From positions 352,001-416,000 of the forward strand of contig OZ244720.1 in the NCBI GenBank assembly GCA_965219085.1: a stretch of DNA of 64,000 nt, written 5' to 3'. A program made the position numbers and the translations under genes. This document shows positions 40,266-50,300 of the stretch, piece by piece. This DNA is from Dehalococcoidia bacterium (lineage in GTDB: Bacteria; Chloroflexota; Dehalococcoidia; UBA2979). The notes below the pieces were generated by a model. It searched no databases. It was not told where the DNA came from and saw only the letters and a list, made by a program, of their open reading frames with translations. Within the stretch, counting starts at the first letter, position 1. Each line of letters starts with the position of its first letter.

Positions 40266-41507
40266 ATGAACCACACGTGGGCGCGCATGCGACGTCGAAT
40301 CGGCCTGCTCGTGGCAATGGTCGCCGTCGCAGGCCCGGCAGCGTGCGGGGGAGGGGACGAAGCCGAACCCCTGAAGATCGGCTTCCTCGGGGACTTCTCC
40401 GGCCCGCTGGCCGAGTACGGCGCCGTCATCCAGACCGGCGCGGAGCTCGCCATCAAGCACGTCAACGAGGCCGGTGGCGTCAACGGCAGCGACGTGGTCC
40501 TGGCCGTTGGCGACACGCGCGTGGACCCGGAGCAGGCGATCGCGGAGGCGCGCCGCCTCGTCGACGACGAGGAGGTACACGCCTTCGTCGGGCCGTTCGT
40601 CAGCACGCAAGTCCTCGCCGTGGCCGACAGCGTCAGCAGGCCGGACGGGATTCCGACCATCTCGCCCTCGGCGACCGCGCCGGCGCTGACCGATGCCGGC
40701 GACGACGGTTACCTGTTCCGCACTACCGGCTCCGACGCCGTGCAGGGCATCGTGCTTGCGCGGCTCGTGGAGCGCGAGGGCCATCACAACGTCGGCGTGA
40801 TCTTCCGCGACGACACCTGGGGCCAGGGGCTCTCGGAGGTCTTCGCCGCGAACTTCAGCGGTACCGCGACCCTCGCCTCGTACGCAGCCGAGGGACAGGC
40901 CAGCTACCTCGCCGAACTGCAGCAGGCTGCTGCCAACGGCGCCGAGGTACTGGTGGCGATGGGTTTCTCGGAGACCGCAGCCTTCATCCTCGAGTCGATC
41001 GAACACGACGTCTTCACGCGCTTCATCTTCACCGACGGGAACCGGAGCGAGGACCTGATCGGGCAAATCGGGGCGGGAAACCTCGAAGGCAGCGTGGGTA
41101 CGGCGCCGGGCAGCGACCCCGAGAACGCCTCGACGAAGGCATGGAACGCCGCCTACGTGGCGGAGTACGGCGCGCTGCCGGCGCTCTCGTTCGTGCGCGA
41201 GGCCTACGACGCCGTGATCGCGATTGCCCTCGCCGCCGAGGCCGCCGGTTCAACCGACGGCGCCGCCATCCGCGACCAGCTCGCGCGCATCGCCGGGCCT
41301 CCGGGCGAGGCGTATGTGGCCGGCCCCGAGGGCGTCCGGGCCGCACTCGAGGCGATCCGCGACGGCGGCGACATCAACTACGAGGGTGCGGCAACGCCGA
41401 TCGACTGGAACGCGGCCGGCGACGTGACCTCGGGCTTCATGGAGATCTATGGCTACCGCGACGGCGCGCTCGTGACCATCGAGGTGCAGCCCTTCACCCT
41501 TGAGTAG
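40266..41507 (+). CDS. Branched-chain amino acid-type ABC substrate-binding lipoprotein
   Basis: Lipobox PAA-C, LKIGFLGDFSGPLA, NEAGGVNG, YLFRT, AYDA. Confidence 0.9.
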   Translation: MNHTWARMRRRIGLLVAMVAVAGPAACGGGDEAEPLKIGFLGDFSGPLAEYGAVIQTGAELAIKHVNEAGGVNGSDVVLAVGDTRVDPEQAIAEARRLVDDEEVHAFVGPFVSTQVLAVADSVSRPDGIPTISPSATAPALTDAGDDGYLFRTTGSDAVQGIVLARLVEREGHHNVGVIFRDDTWGQGLSEVFAANFSGTATLASYAAEGQASYLAELQQAAANGAEVLVAMGFSETAAFILESIEHDVFTRFIFTDGNRSEDLIGQIGAGNLEGSVGTAPGSDPENASTKAWNAAYVAEYGALPALSFVREAYDAVIAIALAAEAAGSTDGAAIRDQLARIAGPPGEAYVAGPEGVRAALEAIRDGGDINYEGAATPIDWNAAGDVTSGFMEIYGYRDGALVTIEVQPFTLE

Positions 41508-41650
41508 TCCAAGGCTGGCCCGGAATGACGGCAGGCCGGAGGTGGCAATCCGGACGTGGCAGTCCGGATGCAGCCCGGAGGCGAAGTGCCGCCCTCGGCG
41601 CGTGCGTGCGATGCTGCACGCGCAGGCGTGAGGGAGCGGCAGGAGCGTCC

Positions 41651-42382
41651 ATGACCTTTCGCGACGCAGGCATCGAGGCGGTCGTGTTCGACTGGGGCGG
41701 CACGCTTTCCACACACGCCACCTCGGTGCGCGTCGAGGAGCTCTGGAGGCCGGCAGCCGCGGCGATCGAGGCGCACACTTCGCACTCGGGCGAAGAGATC
41801 TGGGCCTGCCTCGCGGCCACCGAGGACGACTTCTGGCAGCGCACCGCCACCCACCAGCGCGCCGGCACGCTCGCGGACATCGTCGCCGAGGCGCACGAAC
41901 GGCTCGGCGCGGACGTGCCACTGGAGGCGCTGGACGCGGCCGCGCGCGCATACCTCGACGCGTGGGCGCCGCACATCGAGCACGACACCGGGGCCGCCGC
42001 CACGCTCGAGGCGTTGCGGGCGGCCGGGCTGCGCACGGCGATGCTCTCCAACACACACTGGCCGCGCGAGTACCACGAGCGCTTCCTCGAACGCGATGGG
42101 CTGGCGCACCTGCTCGACGCGCGCGTCTACACGTGCGAGCTCGACTACATGAAGCCGCACCGCGCGGCGTTCGAGGCGGCCCTCGCCGCCGTCGGCGTGA
42201 GCGACCCGTCGCGCGCGGTGTTCGTCGGCGACCGGCCGTGGGACGACATCTTCGGCGCGCAGCGCGCGGGGCTGCGCACGGCGCTGCGCACCAACCCGCT
42301 CGTGCCTGCGTACGACGTGGTGCCGGACGTCGAGATCGGCGGGCTGCCGGAGCTGCTCGTGCACCTCGGACTCGGCGGGTAG
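41651..42382 (+). CDS. HAD-superfamily hydrolase
   Basis: VVFDWGGTL, LSNT, KPH, FVGDRPWDDI. Confidence 0.9.
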   Translation: MTFRDAGIEAVVFDWGGTLSTHATSVRVEELWRPAAAAIEAHTSHSGEEIWACLAATEDDFWQRTATHQRAGTLADIVAEAHERLGADVPLEALDAAARAYLDAWAPHIEHDTGAAATLEALRAAGLRTAMLSNTHWPREYHERFLERDGLAHLLDARVYTCELDYMKPHRAAFEAALAAVGVSDPSRAVFVGDRPWDDIFGAQRAGLRTALRTNPLVPAYDVVPDVEIGGLPELLVHLGLGG

Positions 42383-42486
42383 GTCGCCGGCGTCCTCCGG
42401 CCCGGGGCACATCGCCGTCCGGCTGCGTGTACAGTCTGACAAACGTGCATCACCCGGGGCTGTCGTCCCGCATCGAGGACTGAGCA

Positions 42487-43341
42487 TTGCACCTCATCGC
42501 CCCGCGGCCCTTCCGCCTGGAACGCAGTTGGCTCGAAGCGCAGGCCTTCCGCTGGACTGAGCATGACGACGGTTGGTGCTACGGGTTCGTGAAGGGCAGC
42601 CTGATCAAGGTCCGGCTGTCCGGCGGCGGGATCGAGTTCCAGAGCGAGACGTCCGAGGAGTCACTCGCGCCCCACGTCCGGGACTACTTCCGGCTCGACC
42701 AGGACATCAAGCCGGTCTACCGCGAGCTGCGAGACCTCGGCGTCCCCATGCCCGCGCTGGTCGAGACGTACCGGGGTCTGCGGGTGCTACGCCAGGATCC
42801 GTGGGAGTGCCTGGTCGCCTACATCTGCTCGTCGAACTCCAGCGTCCCGCACATTACCGCGATGGTGAACGAGCTGGCGGATCGCTTCGGCGAGCCCCAG
42901 ACCCTCGATGACGTCACCCGCAACTCTGTGCCGTCGGCGGAGCAGCTCGTTGAGGCCGGCGAGGACAAACTGGAGGCTCTAGGCCTCGGGCTGGACAGGG
43001 GCAAGCGCCTCTACACTGCCGCCACGGCCGTCGCCGACAGCCGCCTGAAGCTCGACGACTTGTCCAGCGCGTCCTACGCGGCGGCCCGAGCCGAGCTCAG
43101 GGAGTTGCCTGGCGTCGGACCGAAGATCGCCGACTGCGTCTGCCTGTTCTCACTCGACAAGTCCGAGGCGTTTCCCGTTGACAGGCACATCCGAAACGGT
43201 CTGCAGCAGCACTATCACGACCAGGTAGGCACCGGTGCGACCTACGCGAGGCTCTCCAGGTGGGCGCGCGACTACTTCGGCGAGCACGCGGGATACGCCG
43301 GCCAACTCCTGTTCCTCGACCGACTCCAGCAAGCCCGCTGA
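42487..43341 (+). CDS. 8-oxoguanine DNA glycosylase (OGG1-like, HhH-GPD)
   Basis: GLRVLRQDPWECL, LPGVGPKIADC, AFPVDRH, AGYAGQLLF. Confidence 0.9.
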   Translation: MHLIAPRPFRLERSWLEAQAFRWTEHDDGWCYGFVKGSLIKVRLSGGGIEFQSETSEESLAPHVRDYFRLDQDIKPVYRELRDLGVPMPALVETYRGLRVLRQDPWECLVAYICSSNSSVPHITAMVNELADRFGEPQTLDDVTRNSVPSAEQLVEAGEDKLEALGLGLDRGKRLYTAATAVADSRLKLDDLSSASYAAARAELRELPGVGPKIADCVCLFSLDKSEAFPVDRHIRNGLQQHYHDQVGTGATYARLSRWARDYFGEHAGYAGQLLFLDRLQQAR

Positions 43342-43381
43342 CGGCCGCGCGTAGCGGCGTGAGCCCGGTCGCACCGATGCG

Positions 43382-43906
43382 CTACTCGCCCGGTACCGGG
43401 ACGCCCTCGTGCGCCAGCATCCAGCGCTTGCGGTCGAGGCCTGAGGCGTAGCCGCCGAGCGAGCCGTCCGCGGCGATCACGCGATGGCACGGCACGACGA
43501 TCGAGAGCGGGTTGCGGCCCACCGCTCCACCGACGGCGCGCGCCGCGCCCGGCCGGTCGATCTCGAACGCGAGCTCGCCGTACGAGGTCGTCGACCCGGT
43601 CGGGATGGTGCGCAGGCGCTCCCAGACGCGCTGCTGGAACGCCGTCCCGCGCGGCGCAAGCCGCAGGTCGGCGAGTGGGTCGGGCTCGCGGTCGGCGTCC
43701 TCGAACCACGCGGCGAGGGCTTCGACGGCCGGGGCGGCGGCGTCCGGGTCGTGCGCGACGGGCTCGCCACTGTCCGCCTCGAGGCTGTGCACCTTGTCGT
43801 CCAGCGTGCGTCGGTCGGTGACGAAGTTGATGCGATGCACGCCCGCGTCGGAGCCGCCGACGAAGAGCGAGCCGAGCTCGGTGTCGAGGATGTCGTACCA
43901 GGCCAT
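43382..43906 (-). CDS. ogt: Methylated-DNA-protein-cysteine methyltransferase
   Basis: [19 protein letters not shown] active site. Confidence 0.95.
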   Translation of the reverse strand: MAWYDILDTELGSLFVGGSDAGVHRINFVTDRRTLDDKVHSLEADSGEPVAHDPDAAAPAVEALAAWFEDADREPDPLADLRLAPRGTAFQQRVWERLRTIPTGSTTSYGELAFEIDRPGAARAVGGAVGRNPLSIVVPCHRVIAADGSLGGYASGLDRKRWMLAHEGVPVPGE

Positions 43907-44084
43907 GCGGGGACCTCGAAGGTTCCGGGGGGAGCGGCGTCATCGTAGCGCGCGGGGCGCGTTGGTGGCGCGGGAGCGAGGATTCGAGGGTGTCGCTGGC
44001 GCGCGATTCCGGTAGTGGCCCCGGCCACCGTAGAGTGTGTCCCTGCATCGATCCCGTGCGGCCAGCATCCCCGGAGAGCCCCGT

Positions 44085-45863
44085 ATGACGACAGCAACCG
44101 AACAGGCCCGCAGTTGGCTCGGCGACTTTGGCGACGCCCTCGAGCGCGGTGACGCCGACGGCGTTGCAGCGTTGTTCCACGCCGAATCCTACTGGCGCGA
44201 CCTCGTCGCGTTCACGTGGAACATCACCACCACCGAGGGCCCGGACGACATCGCCGCGATGATCGAGGCCAGCGGCGTGGCTGCGGCCCCCAGCGCCGTT
44301 CGGCTCGACGGCGAGCCCTCCGAGGCGGACGGCGTCACCGAGGCCTGGTTCACCTTCGAAACGGCGGTCGGCCGCGGCAAGGGCTGCGTGCGCCTGCGCG
44401 ACGGTCGCTGCTGGACGCTGCTCACCACCTTGCAGGAGTTGAAGGGCTTCGAGGAGGAGCAGGGCCCGTCGCGCCCGCTCGGGCTGGAGCTCGGCGCCGT
44501 GAAGGACCGCGTCACCTGGCAGGAACGCCGCGAGCGCGAGGAGGCGGAGCTCGGCTACGCGATGCAGCCATACGTCGTGATCGTCGGGGGCGGACAGGGC
44601 GGGATCGGCCTCGGCGCCCGGCTCAAGCGGCTGGGCGTGCCGGCGATCATCGTCGAGCGCAGCGCGCGGCCCGGCGACTCGTGGCGCAACCGCTACGAGT
44701 CGCTCACGCTCCACGACACGGTGTGGTTCGACCACATGCCATACATCCCGTTCCCCGATCACTGGCCCGTCTACACCCCCAAGGAGCAGATGGGCGACTG
44801 GCTGGAGATGTACACGAAGATCATGCAGCTCAACTTCTGGGGCGGCGCCGCGTGCACGAGCGCCAGCTACGACGAGGCCGCCGGAGAATGGCGCGTCACC
44901 GTCGTGCGCGACGGCTCGGCGGTCGTGCTCCGGCCGCGGCACCTCGTGCTGGCCACGGGCATGTCCGGGCTGCCGAACATCCCCGACATCCCGGGCGCGG
45001 ACACGTTCGAGGGCGACCTGTACCACTCGAGCCGCTACCGCGCGGGCGAGCCGTACCGTGGCAAGCACTGCGTCGTGCTCGGCTCGAACAACTCCGCGCA
45101 CGACATCGCGCAGGACCTCTGGGAACACGACGCCGACGTGACCATGATCCAGCGCTCGTCCACGACCGTTGTCCGGGGCGGCAGGGGCGGGGCCGGCCTC
45201 TACTCCGAGTCGGCGGTCGAGCGGGGGATCACGACCGAGACCGCGGACCTGCTCGCTGCGTCGACGCCGTACCGGGTGGCGCCGGCGGCCGGCATCGAAG
45301 CGACGAAACGCATGCGCGAGGCCGAGGCGGAATACTACGGCCGGCTCGAGGGCGCGGGCTTCCTGCTCGACTTCGGCGAGGACGAGAGCGGCGTCGGCAT
45401 GAAGTACCAGCGCCGGGGGTCCGGGTACTACATCGATGTCGGTGCGTCGGAGCTCATCGTGAGTGGCGAAATCGAGCTCCGCACCCGTGTCAGCATCGAG
45501 CGCCTCACCCCGCGCTCCGTCGTGCTCACGGACGGGTCCGAGTTGCCCGCCGACCTCGTCGTCTATGCCACGGGCTACGGCTCGATGAACGGCTGGGCCG
45601 CCGCGCTGATCTCGCAGGAGGTCGCCGACCGCGTGGGCAAGGTCTGGGGCCTGGGCTCCGACACGGCTCTGGACCCGGGGCCGTGGGAGGGTGAGCTACG
45701 CAACATGTGGAAGCCGACGCAGCAGCCGGGGCTGTGGTTCCACGGCGGGAATCTCGCCCAGTCACGGCACTACTCGAAGTACCTCGCGCTCCAGCTCAAG
45801 GCCCGCCACGAGGGCATTCCCACCCCGGTCTACCGGCTTCCTCCGGTGCATCACCTGCAATAG
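44085..45863 (+). CDS. Flavin-containing monooxygenase with N-terminal SnoaL-like domain
   Basis: GGGQGG, WRNRY, LATG, FEGDLYHSSRY fingerprint, GSNNSAHD, ATGY. Confidence 0.9.
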   Translation: MTTATEQARSWLGDFGDALERGDADGVAALFHAESYWRDLVAFTWNITTTEGPDDIAAMIEASGVAAAPSAVRLDGEPSEADGVTEAWFTFETAVGRGKGCVRLRDGRCWTLLTTLQELKGFEEEQGPSRPLGLELGAVKDRVTWQERREREEAELGYAMQPYVVIVGGGQGGIGLGARLKRLGVPAIIVERSARPGDSWRNRYESLTLHDTVWFDHMPYIPFPDHWPVYTPKEQMGDWLEMYTKIMQLNFWGGAACTSASYDEAAGEWRVTVVRDGSAVVLRPRHLVLATGMSGLPNIPDIPGADTFEGDLYHSSRYRAGEPYRGKHCVVLGSNNSAHDIAQDLWEHDADVTMIQRSSTTVVRGGRGGAGLYSESAVERGITTETADLLAASTPYRVAPAAGIEATKRMREAEAEYYGRLEGAGFLLDFGEDESGVGMKYQRRGSGYYIDVGASELIVSGEIELRTRVSIERLTPRSVVLTDGSELPADLVVYATGYGSMNGWAAALISQEVADRVGKVWGLGSDTALDPGPWEGELRNMWKPTQQPGLWFHGGNLAQSRHYSKYLALQLKARHEGIPTPVYRLPPVHHLQ

Positions 45864-45940
45864 CGGGGAGTCGCTCGCGTGGCATCACGCCTGGCGTACG
45901 ATCGCGCCGGCGCGGGGCGAGCGATGCACGGGAGGACACC

Positions 45941-47507
45941 ATGCCACGATGGGTGACGGTCATGCGGGTCGAGGAGCTGCCGCCGGACCGGCCGGTGACC
46001 GTGCGCGTGAACGAGCGCGACATCGCCCTGGCGCGCTGCGGGGAAGGTGGCGAACCGCACGCCCTCGACAACCACTGCCCGCACCGCGGCGGCCAGTTCG
46101 GCGACGGCACGATCAGCGGCGAGGACCTCATCTGCCCGCTGCACGGCTATGACTTCGACCTGCACACCGGCATCTCGCGCTTCGCGCCGATGGAGCGCGT
46201 CGACGTCTACCCATCGCGCATCCACCGCGGCGAGGTGCAGATCGACGCTGACGCGATACCAGCGCTGCCCGAGCACCACGACACCGGCTACCTCGACCGC
46301 TGGACGCGCCGCCACGACGAGCAGGAGCCGTACTACGGCTACCTGCAGGGGTTGCAGTACGGCCCGCCGGTGAGCGCGATGCGCACGCGCAAGCAGCTCA
46401 CGCCGCAGTGGGACGACATCCTGTTGCTGCCGGGCCAACTCGCGCACCCGCCGCGCCTCGCGAGCGAGCCGCTCGCTGCGCACTGTGATCGGGCGGCGAG
46501 CGGAGCGGCCGCTGGTGCTCGACGTGCCGTTCTTCGTCTCGCACATGTCGTTCGGCGCGCTGTCGGCGAGCGCGAAGACGGCGCTGGCGGGTGTCTCGGC
46601 GGACCTCGGGACGGCGATCGGTTCGGGCGAGGGCGGGATGCTCGACGAGGAGCGGGCCCACGCCTCGAAGGAGATCCTGGAGATGGCGAGCGGCTACTTC
46701 GGCTGGTCGCCGGAGCAGATCGCGCGCGCCGACGCCGTCGAGATCAAGATCGGCCAGTCGGCGAAGGCGGGCTCGGGCGGCCTGCTGCCCGCCGACAAGG
46801 TCACGGCGCGCATCGCCGAGGTGCGCGGCCTGGAGGAGGGTGAGGCCGCCCACTCACCGGCGCGCTTCACCGACATCCACTCGCTCGCCGATCTGCGAAC
46901 ACGCATCGAGGAGATCCGCGAGCACCTCGACGGCGGCCCGGTGGGGATCAAGTTCGCGGCCGGGCGCGTAGAGGAGGACCTCGACGCGGCGATCGAGGCG
47001 GGCGTGGACTTCGTCACGATCGACGGCCGCGGCGGCGGCACGGGCGCCGCGCCCGAGGTGCTGAAGGACCACCTGACGGTGCCGATCCAGTACGCGCTGC
47101 ACCGCGCAACGACGCACCTCGCGGCGCGGGGTATTGACGACCTCGACACATCGTGGCGACCGGCCACTTCCGGATTCGCGGCCGACGTGACGAAGGCGAT
47201 CGCGATGGGCGCGACGGCGGTGGCGCTGGCGACCGCCTCGATGGTCGCGATCGGGTGCCCGCAGTACCTCGCGTGTCACACCGGCAACTGCCCGGTCGGC
47301 ATCGCGACGCAGCGTGCGGACCTCGAGGCACGCTTCGACATTGAACAGTCGAGCGAGCGCGGACTCCGCACGTTCGAGGCCTTCCGCGAGGAGATCGAGC
47401 TGCTGTGCCGTGCGGTCGGCGTCGCCGACGTCCACGAGCTGACGACGTCACACCTCGCCACCCTCGACTCGGAGATCGCGGCCCACACGTCGATCCGTCA
47501 CGCGTGA
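45941..47507 (+). pseudogene. Rieske [2Fe-2S] + FMN glutamate-synthase-like fusion, frameshifted
   Basis: CPHRGG..CPLHG, then MSFGALS, GSGEGG, EIKIGQSAK, DGRGGGTGAAP, GCPQYLACHTGNCPVGIATQ; frameshift ~46475 and a compensating pair ~47148-47175. Confidence 0.85.
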
Positions 47508-48412
47508 GGCTGTGAGGCACCCTCCGGCATCGACGCCGACTCATAGCTCATTACGGCCAACTCGTCGACGGGGCCACGTCCGTCGCCCTGCGAGTTGATC
47601 ATGCGGCGCGCGGGGATGCGCTCGATCACGTAGCGGCTGCCCTCGTACAGGCCGACCACCCACTCGTGCGGTGAGTTCGAGAGCAGCACTGGCACCTCGC
47701 GCTCGCGCAGTGCGTCGATGCGCCACTTCAGCCTGAGCTGGTCGTCGCGGTCGAAGTCCCTGCCGGTGTACGCCGTGAAGCTCGACGTCTCCGAGAGCGG
47801 ATAGAACGGCGGGTCCAGGTAGACGAAGTCGTCCGGGCCCGCGCCCTCGCACGCCTCCTCGAAGTCCACGCTGTGCAGCTCGGCCGTCGTGAGGGCGTCC
47901 GAGGCGGCGCGCAGGCCGGGCTCGTCGAGGATGCGGGGGCGCACGTAGCGCCCGTGGGGCACGTTGAACTGCCCGCTCCGGTTGACGCGATAGAGGCCGT
48001 TGAAGCAGGTCTTGTTCAGGAAGATGAGCAGCGCCGCGAGGTCGAGATCGGCCGCGCCGTCTGCGGCGACGAGCTCCCGATACTCCTCGCGCACCTCGTA
48101 GTAGCGGTCGTTGCGGCCGTCGGGATCAAGGTCGACGTAGGCGCGCTCCAGGTCGGCGAGCTGCTCGATGAGCGATTCGACGTCGTCGCGGACGGCGCGG
48201 AAGGTAGCCATCAGCTCGGCGTTGAGGTCGTTGAGGACGGCGCGGCGGGGCCGACGGTCCGGGTCCGCGGCCAGACGGAAGAAGAGCGCGGCGCCGCCGA
48301 CGAACAGCTCGTAGTAGGTGTCGATGCGAGCGGGTGCGAGCGCGGCGAGCTTATCGACGATCTGCGTCTTGCCGCCGGCCCATTTCACGAACGGGCGCGC
48401 CTCGACACGCAC
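47498..48412 (-). CDS. Dam-family (D12 class) DNA adenine methyltransferase
   Basis: PFVKWAGGKTQ, ELFVGGAA, CFNGLYRVN..FNVP.G, YLDPPF; start codon uncertain. Confidence 0.92.
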   Translation of the reverse strand: MRVEARPFVKWAGGKTQIVDKLAALAPARIDTYYELFVGGAALFFRLAADPDRRPRRAVLNDLNAELMATFRAVRDDVESLIEQLADLERAYVDLDPDGRNDRYYEVREEYRELVAADGAADLDLAALLIFLNKTCFNGLYRVNRSGQFNVPHGRYVRPRILDEPGLRAASDALTTAELHSVDFEEACEGAGPDDFVYLDPPFYPLSETSSFTAYTGRDFDRDDQLRLKWRIDALREREVPVLLSNSPHEWVVGLYEGSRYVIERIPARRMINSQGDGRGPVDELAVMSYESASMPEGASQPHA

Positions 48413-48556
48413 GCGGGTCTTCGCGTGGTCGGTCGGCGTCTGGCCGTTGGCCGCAGGCGTGGCGATGCGTCTCGCTCCGGGCCGGGGGGAGATGAAGTGA
48501 TGATAGGCGCGCGCCTGCGTGAAGGCATCCACAGGCCTGTCCACTCCCACTGATGC

Positions 48557-48594
48557 GCAATGTGTTGGAAATACAGTGGTAAACCTCACGTAAC
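48557..48594 (+). promoter_or_regulatory. GlnR-box-like array of four pentamers at 11-bp period
   Basis: GCAAT-n6-GAAAT-n6-GTAAA-n6-GTAAC upstream of amtB. Confidence 0.6.
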
Positions 48595-48651
48595 ACACCG
48601 GAAGCATGCTGCACGGAGCCACTACTCGGGTGGTGCGGAAAGGAGGCGAAG

Positions 48652-49917
48652 GTGGATACGGGCGATAGTGCCTGGCTACTCATGAGCGCGGCACTCGTAC
48701 TGTTCATGACGCCTGGGCTTGCGTTGTTCTACGGAGGCATGGTGCGGGGGCGGAACGTCCTCGCGATGCTGATGAAGAACTACGTGGCCATGGGCGTGGT
48801 GACGATCACATGGGTCGTCATCGGCTACTCGCTGGCCTTCAGCGGGGACGCGGGGGGACTCGGCCTGATCGGGAACCTCGAGCTCTTCGCGCTCGGCGAA
48901 CTCGGCTTCGGCACGGAGCTGGGCATGGGCAACGAGATACAGGGGACGACGTTCCCCGACTCGGTGCACCTGCTGTTCCAGCTCATGTTCGCGATCATCA
49001 CGCCCGCGCTGATCTCGGGCGCGATCGCGGAGCGCATGAAGTTCACGTCGTGGGTCGTGTTCGTCGCGATCTGGTCGATCGTCGTCTACGCGCCGATCGC
49101 CCACTGGGTCTGGGGCGGCGGCTTCATCGGTGGACCACTCGGCGAGACTGAGATCCCCAGCCTGCAGGCGATCGACTTCGCCGGCGGCCTGGTAGTGCAC
49201 ATCAACGCTGGTGTCGCGGCGCTCGCGCTGGTGCTGGTGCTGGGTCCGCGGCTCGGCTGGCGGCGCGAAATCATTCGCCCGCACTCGCTGCCGCTGTCGG
49301 TGCTTGGCGCCGGCATCCTGTGGTTCGGCTGGTTCGGCTTCAACGCGGGTTCGGCCTTCGCGGCCGACGGCGCGGCCGGCAATGCGTTCCTCACGACGCA
49401 GATCGCGGCATCCGCCGCGGCGATCGCGTGGGTGCTGTCCGAGCAAGTGATGCACGGACGGCCGACGACGCTGGGGTTCGCCACGGGCATCGTCGCCGGG
49501 CTGGTGGCAATCACGCCCGCGGCCGGCTTCGTGAGCCCGCTCTGGGCGGGCGTCATCGGCGTCGCGGCCGGCGTGGTCTGCTTCGCTGCACTGCAGATCA
49601 AGTTCCGGTTCAACTTCGACGACTCGCTCGACGTGGTCGCGGTCCACATGGTGGGCGGCATCGTCGGTGCGCTGTTGCTGGGGCTGTTCGCGGAAGCGGC
49701 GATCGGTGGAGTTGACGGGGCGTTCTTCGGGGCGGCCGGGCAGTTCCTGCGCCAGGCGGCCTCGATCGTGATCGCACTCGCCTTCTCGTTCGTGGCAACG
49801 TACGTGATCGCGATTATCATCGACCGCACGATGGGTCTGCGCGTCTCCGAGGACGAGGAGCGGCGCGGCCTCGACATTACCCTGCACGAAGAGCAGGGTT
49901 ACGTGCTGACGGAGTAG
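48652..49917 (+). CDS. amtB: Ammonium transporter
   Basis: MTPGLALFYGG, FQLMFAIITPALISGA, DFAGG..VH, WFGWFGFNAGS, DDSLDV..H. Confidence 0.97.
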   Translation: MDTGDSAWLLMSAALVLFMTPGLALFYGGMVRGRNVLAMLMKNYVAMGVVTITWVVIGYSLAFSGDAGGLGLIGNLELFALGELGFGTELGMGNEIQGTTFPDSVHLLFQLMFAIITPALISGAIAERMKFTSWVVFVAIWSIVVYAPIAHWVWGGGFIGGPLGETEIPSLQAIDFAGGLVVHINAGVAALALVLVLGPRLGWRREIIRPHSLPLSVLGAGILWFGWFGFNAGSAFAADGAAGNAFLTTQIAASAAAIAWVLSEQVMHGRPTTLGFATGIVAGLVAITPAAGFVSPLWAGVIGVAAGVVCFAALQIKFRFNFDDSLDVVAVHMVGGIVGALLLGLFAEAAIGGVDGAFFGAAGQFLRQAASIVIALAFSFVATYVIAIIIDRTMGLRVSEDEERRGLDITLHEEQGYVLTE

Positions 49918-49923
49918 CCGAAG

Positions 49924-50262
49924 ATGAAAATGATCATCGCCTACATCAATCCGTTCAGGCTGAACGAGATCCGCGACGCTCTCCGTGAGGCGGGCGTGAC
50001 GGGACTCTCGGCCGGCAACATCCAGGGTTTCGGCCGCCAGGCCGGCCACACGGAGACCTACCGTGGGGCCGAGTACGAGGTCGAGTTCCTGCCCAAGGTC
50101 CGCATCGAGGTGCTTGTCGACGACTCGCTGGCGCCCACGGTCATCTCGACCATCGAGGAGACCGCGCGGACAGGTTCCATCGGCGACGGTAAGATCGCCG
50201 TGTTGCCGCTGGAAGACGTCGTGCGCATCCGCACCGGCGAGCGGGGGGTGGACGCCCTCTAG
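49924..50262 (+). CDS. glnK: PII nitrogen regulatory protein
   Basis: GFGRQ..ETYRGAEY T-loop, TGSIGDGKI, RIRTGE; follows amtB. Confidence 0.95.
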   Translation: MKMIIAYINPFRLNEIRDALREAGVTGLSAGNIQGFGRQAGHTETYRGAEYEVEFLPKVRIEVLVDDSLAPTVISTIEETARTGSIGDGKIAVLPLEDVVRIRTGERGVDAL

Positions 50263-50300
50263 CGTATCCAGCGGTCTGGAATGGGCCGGAGAACCGCGGA

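Noticed and set aside
41515-41535. CCGGAATGACGG REP-like motif
   Set aside because: Single occurrence seen, with no partner arm.
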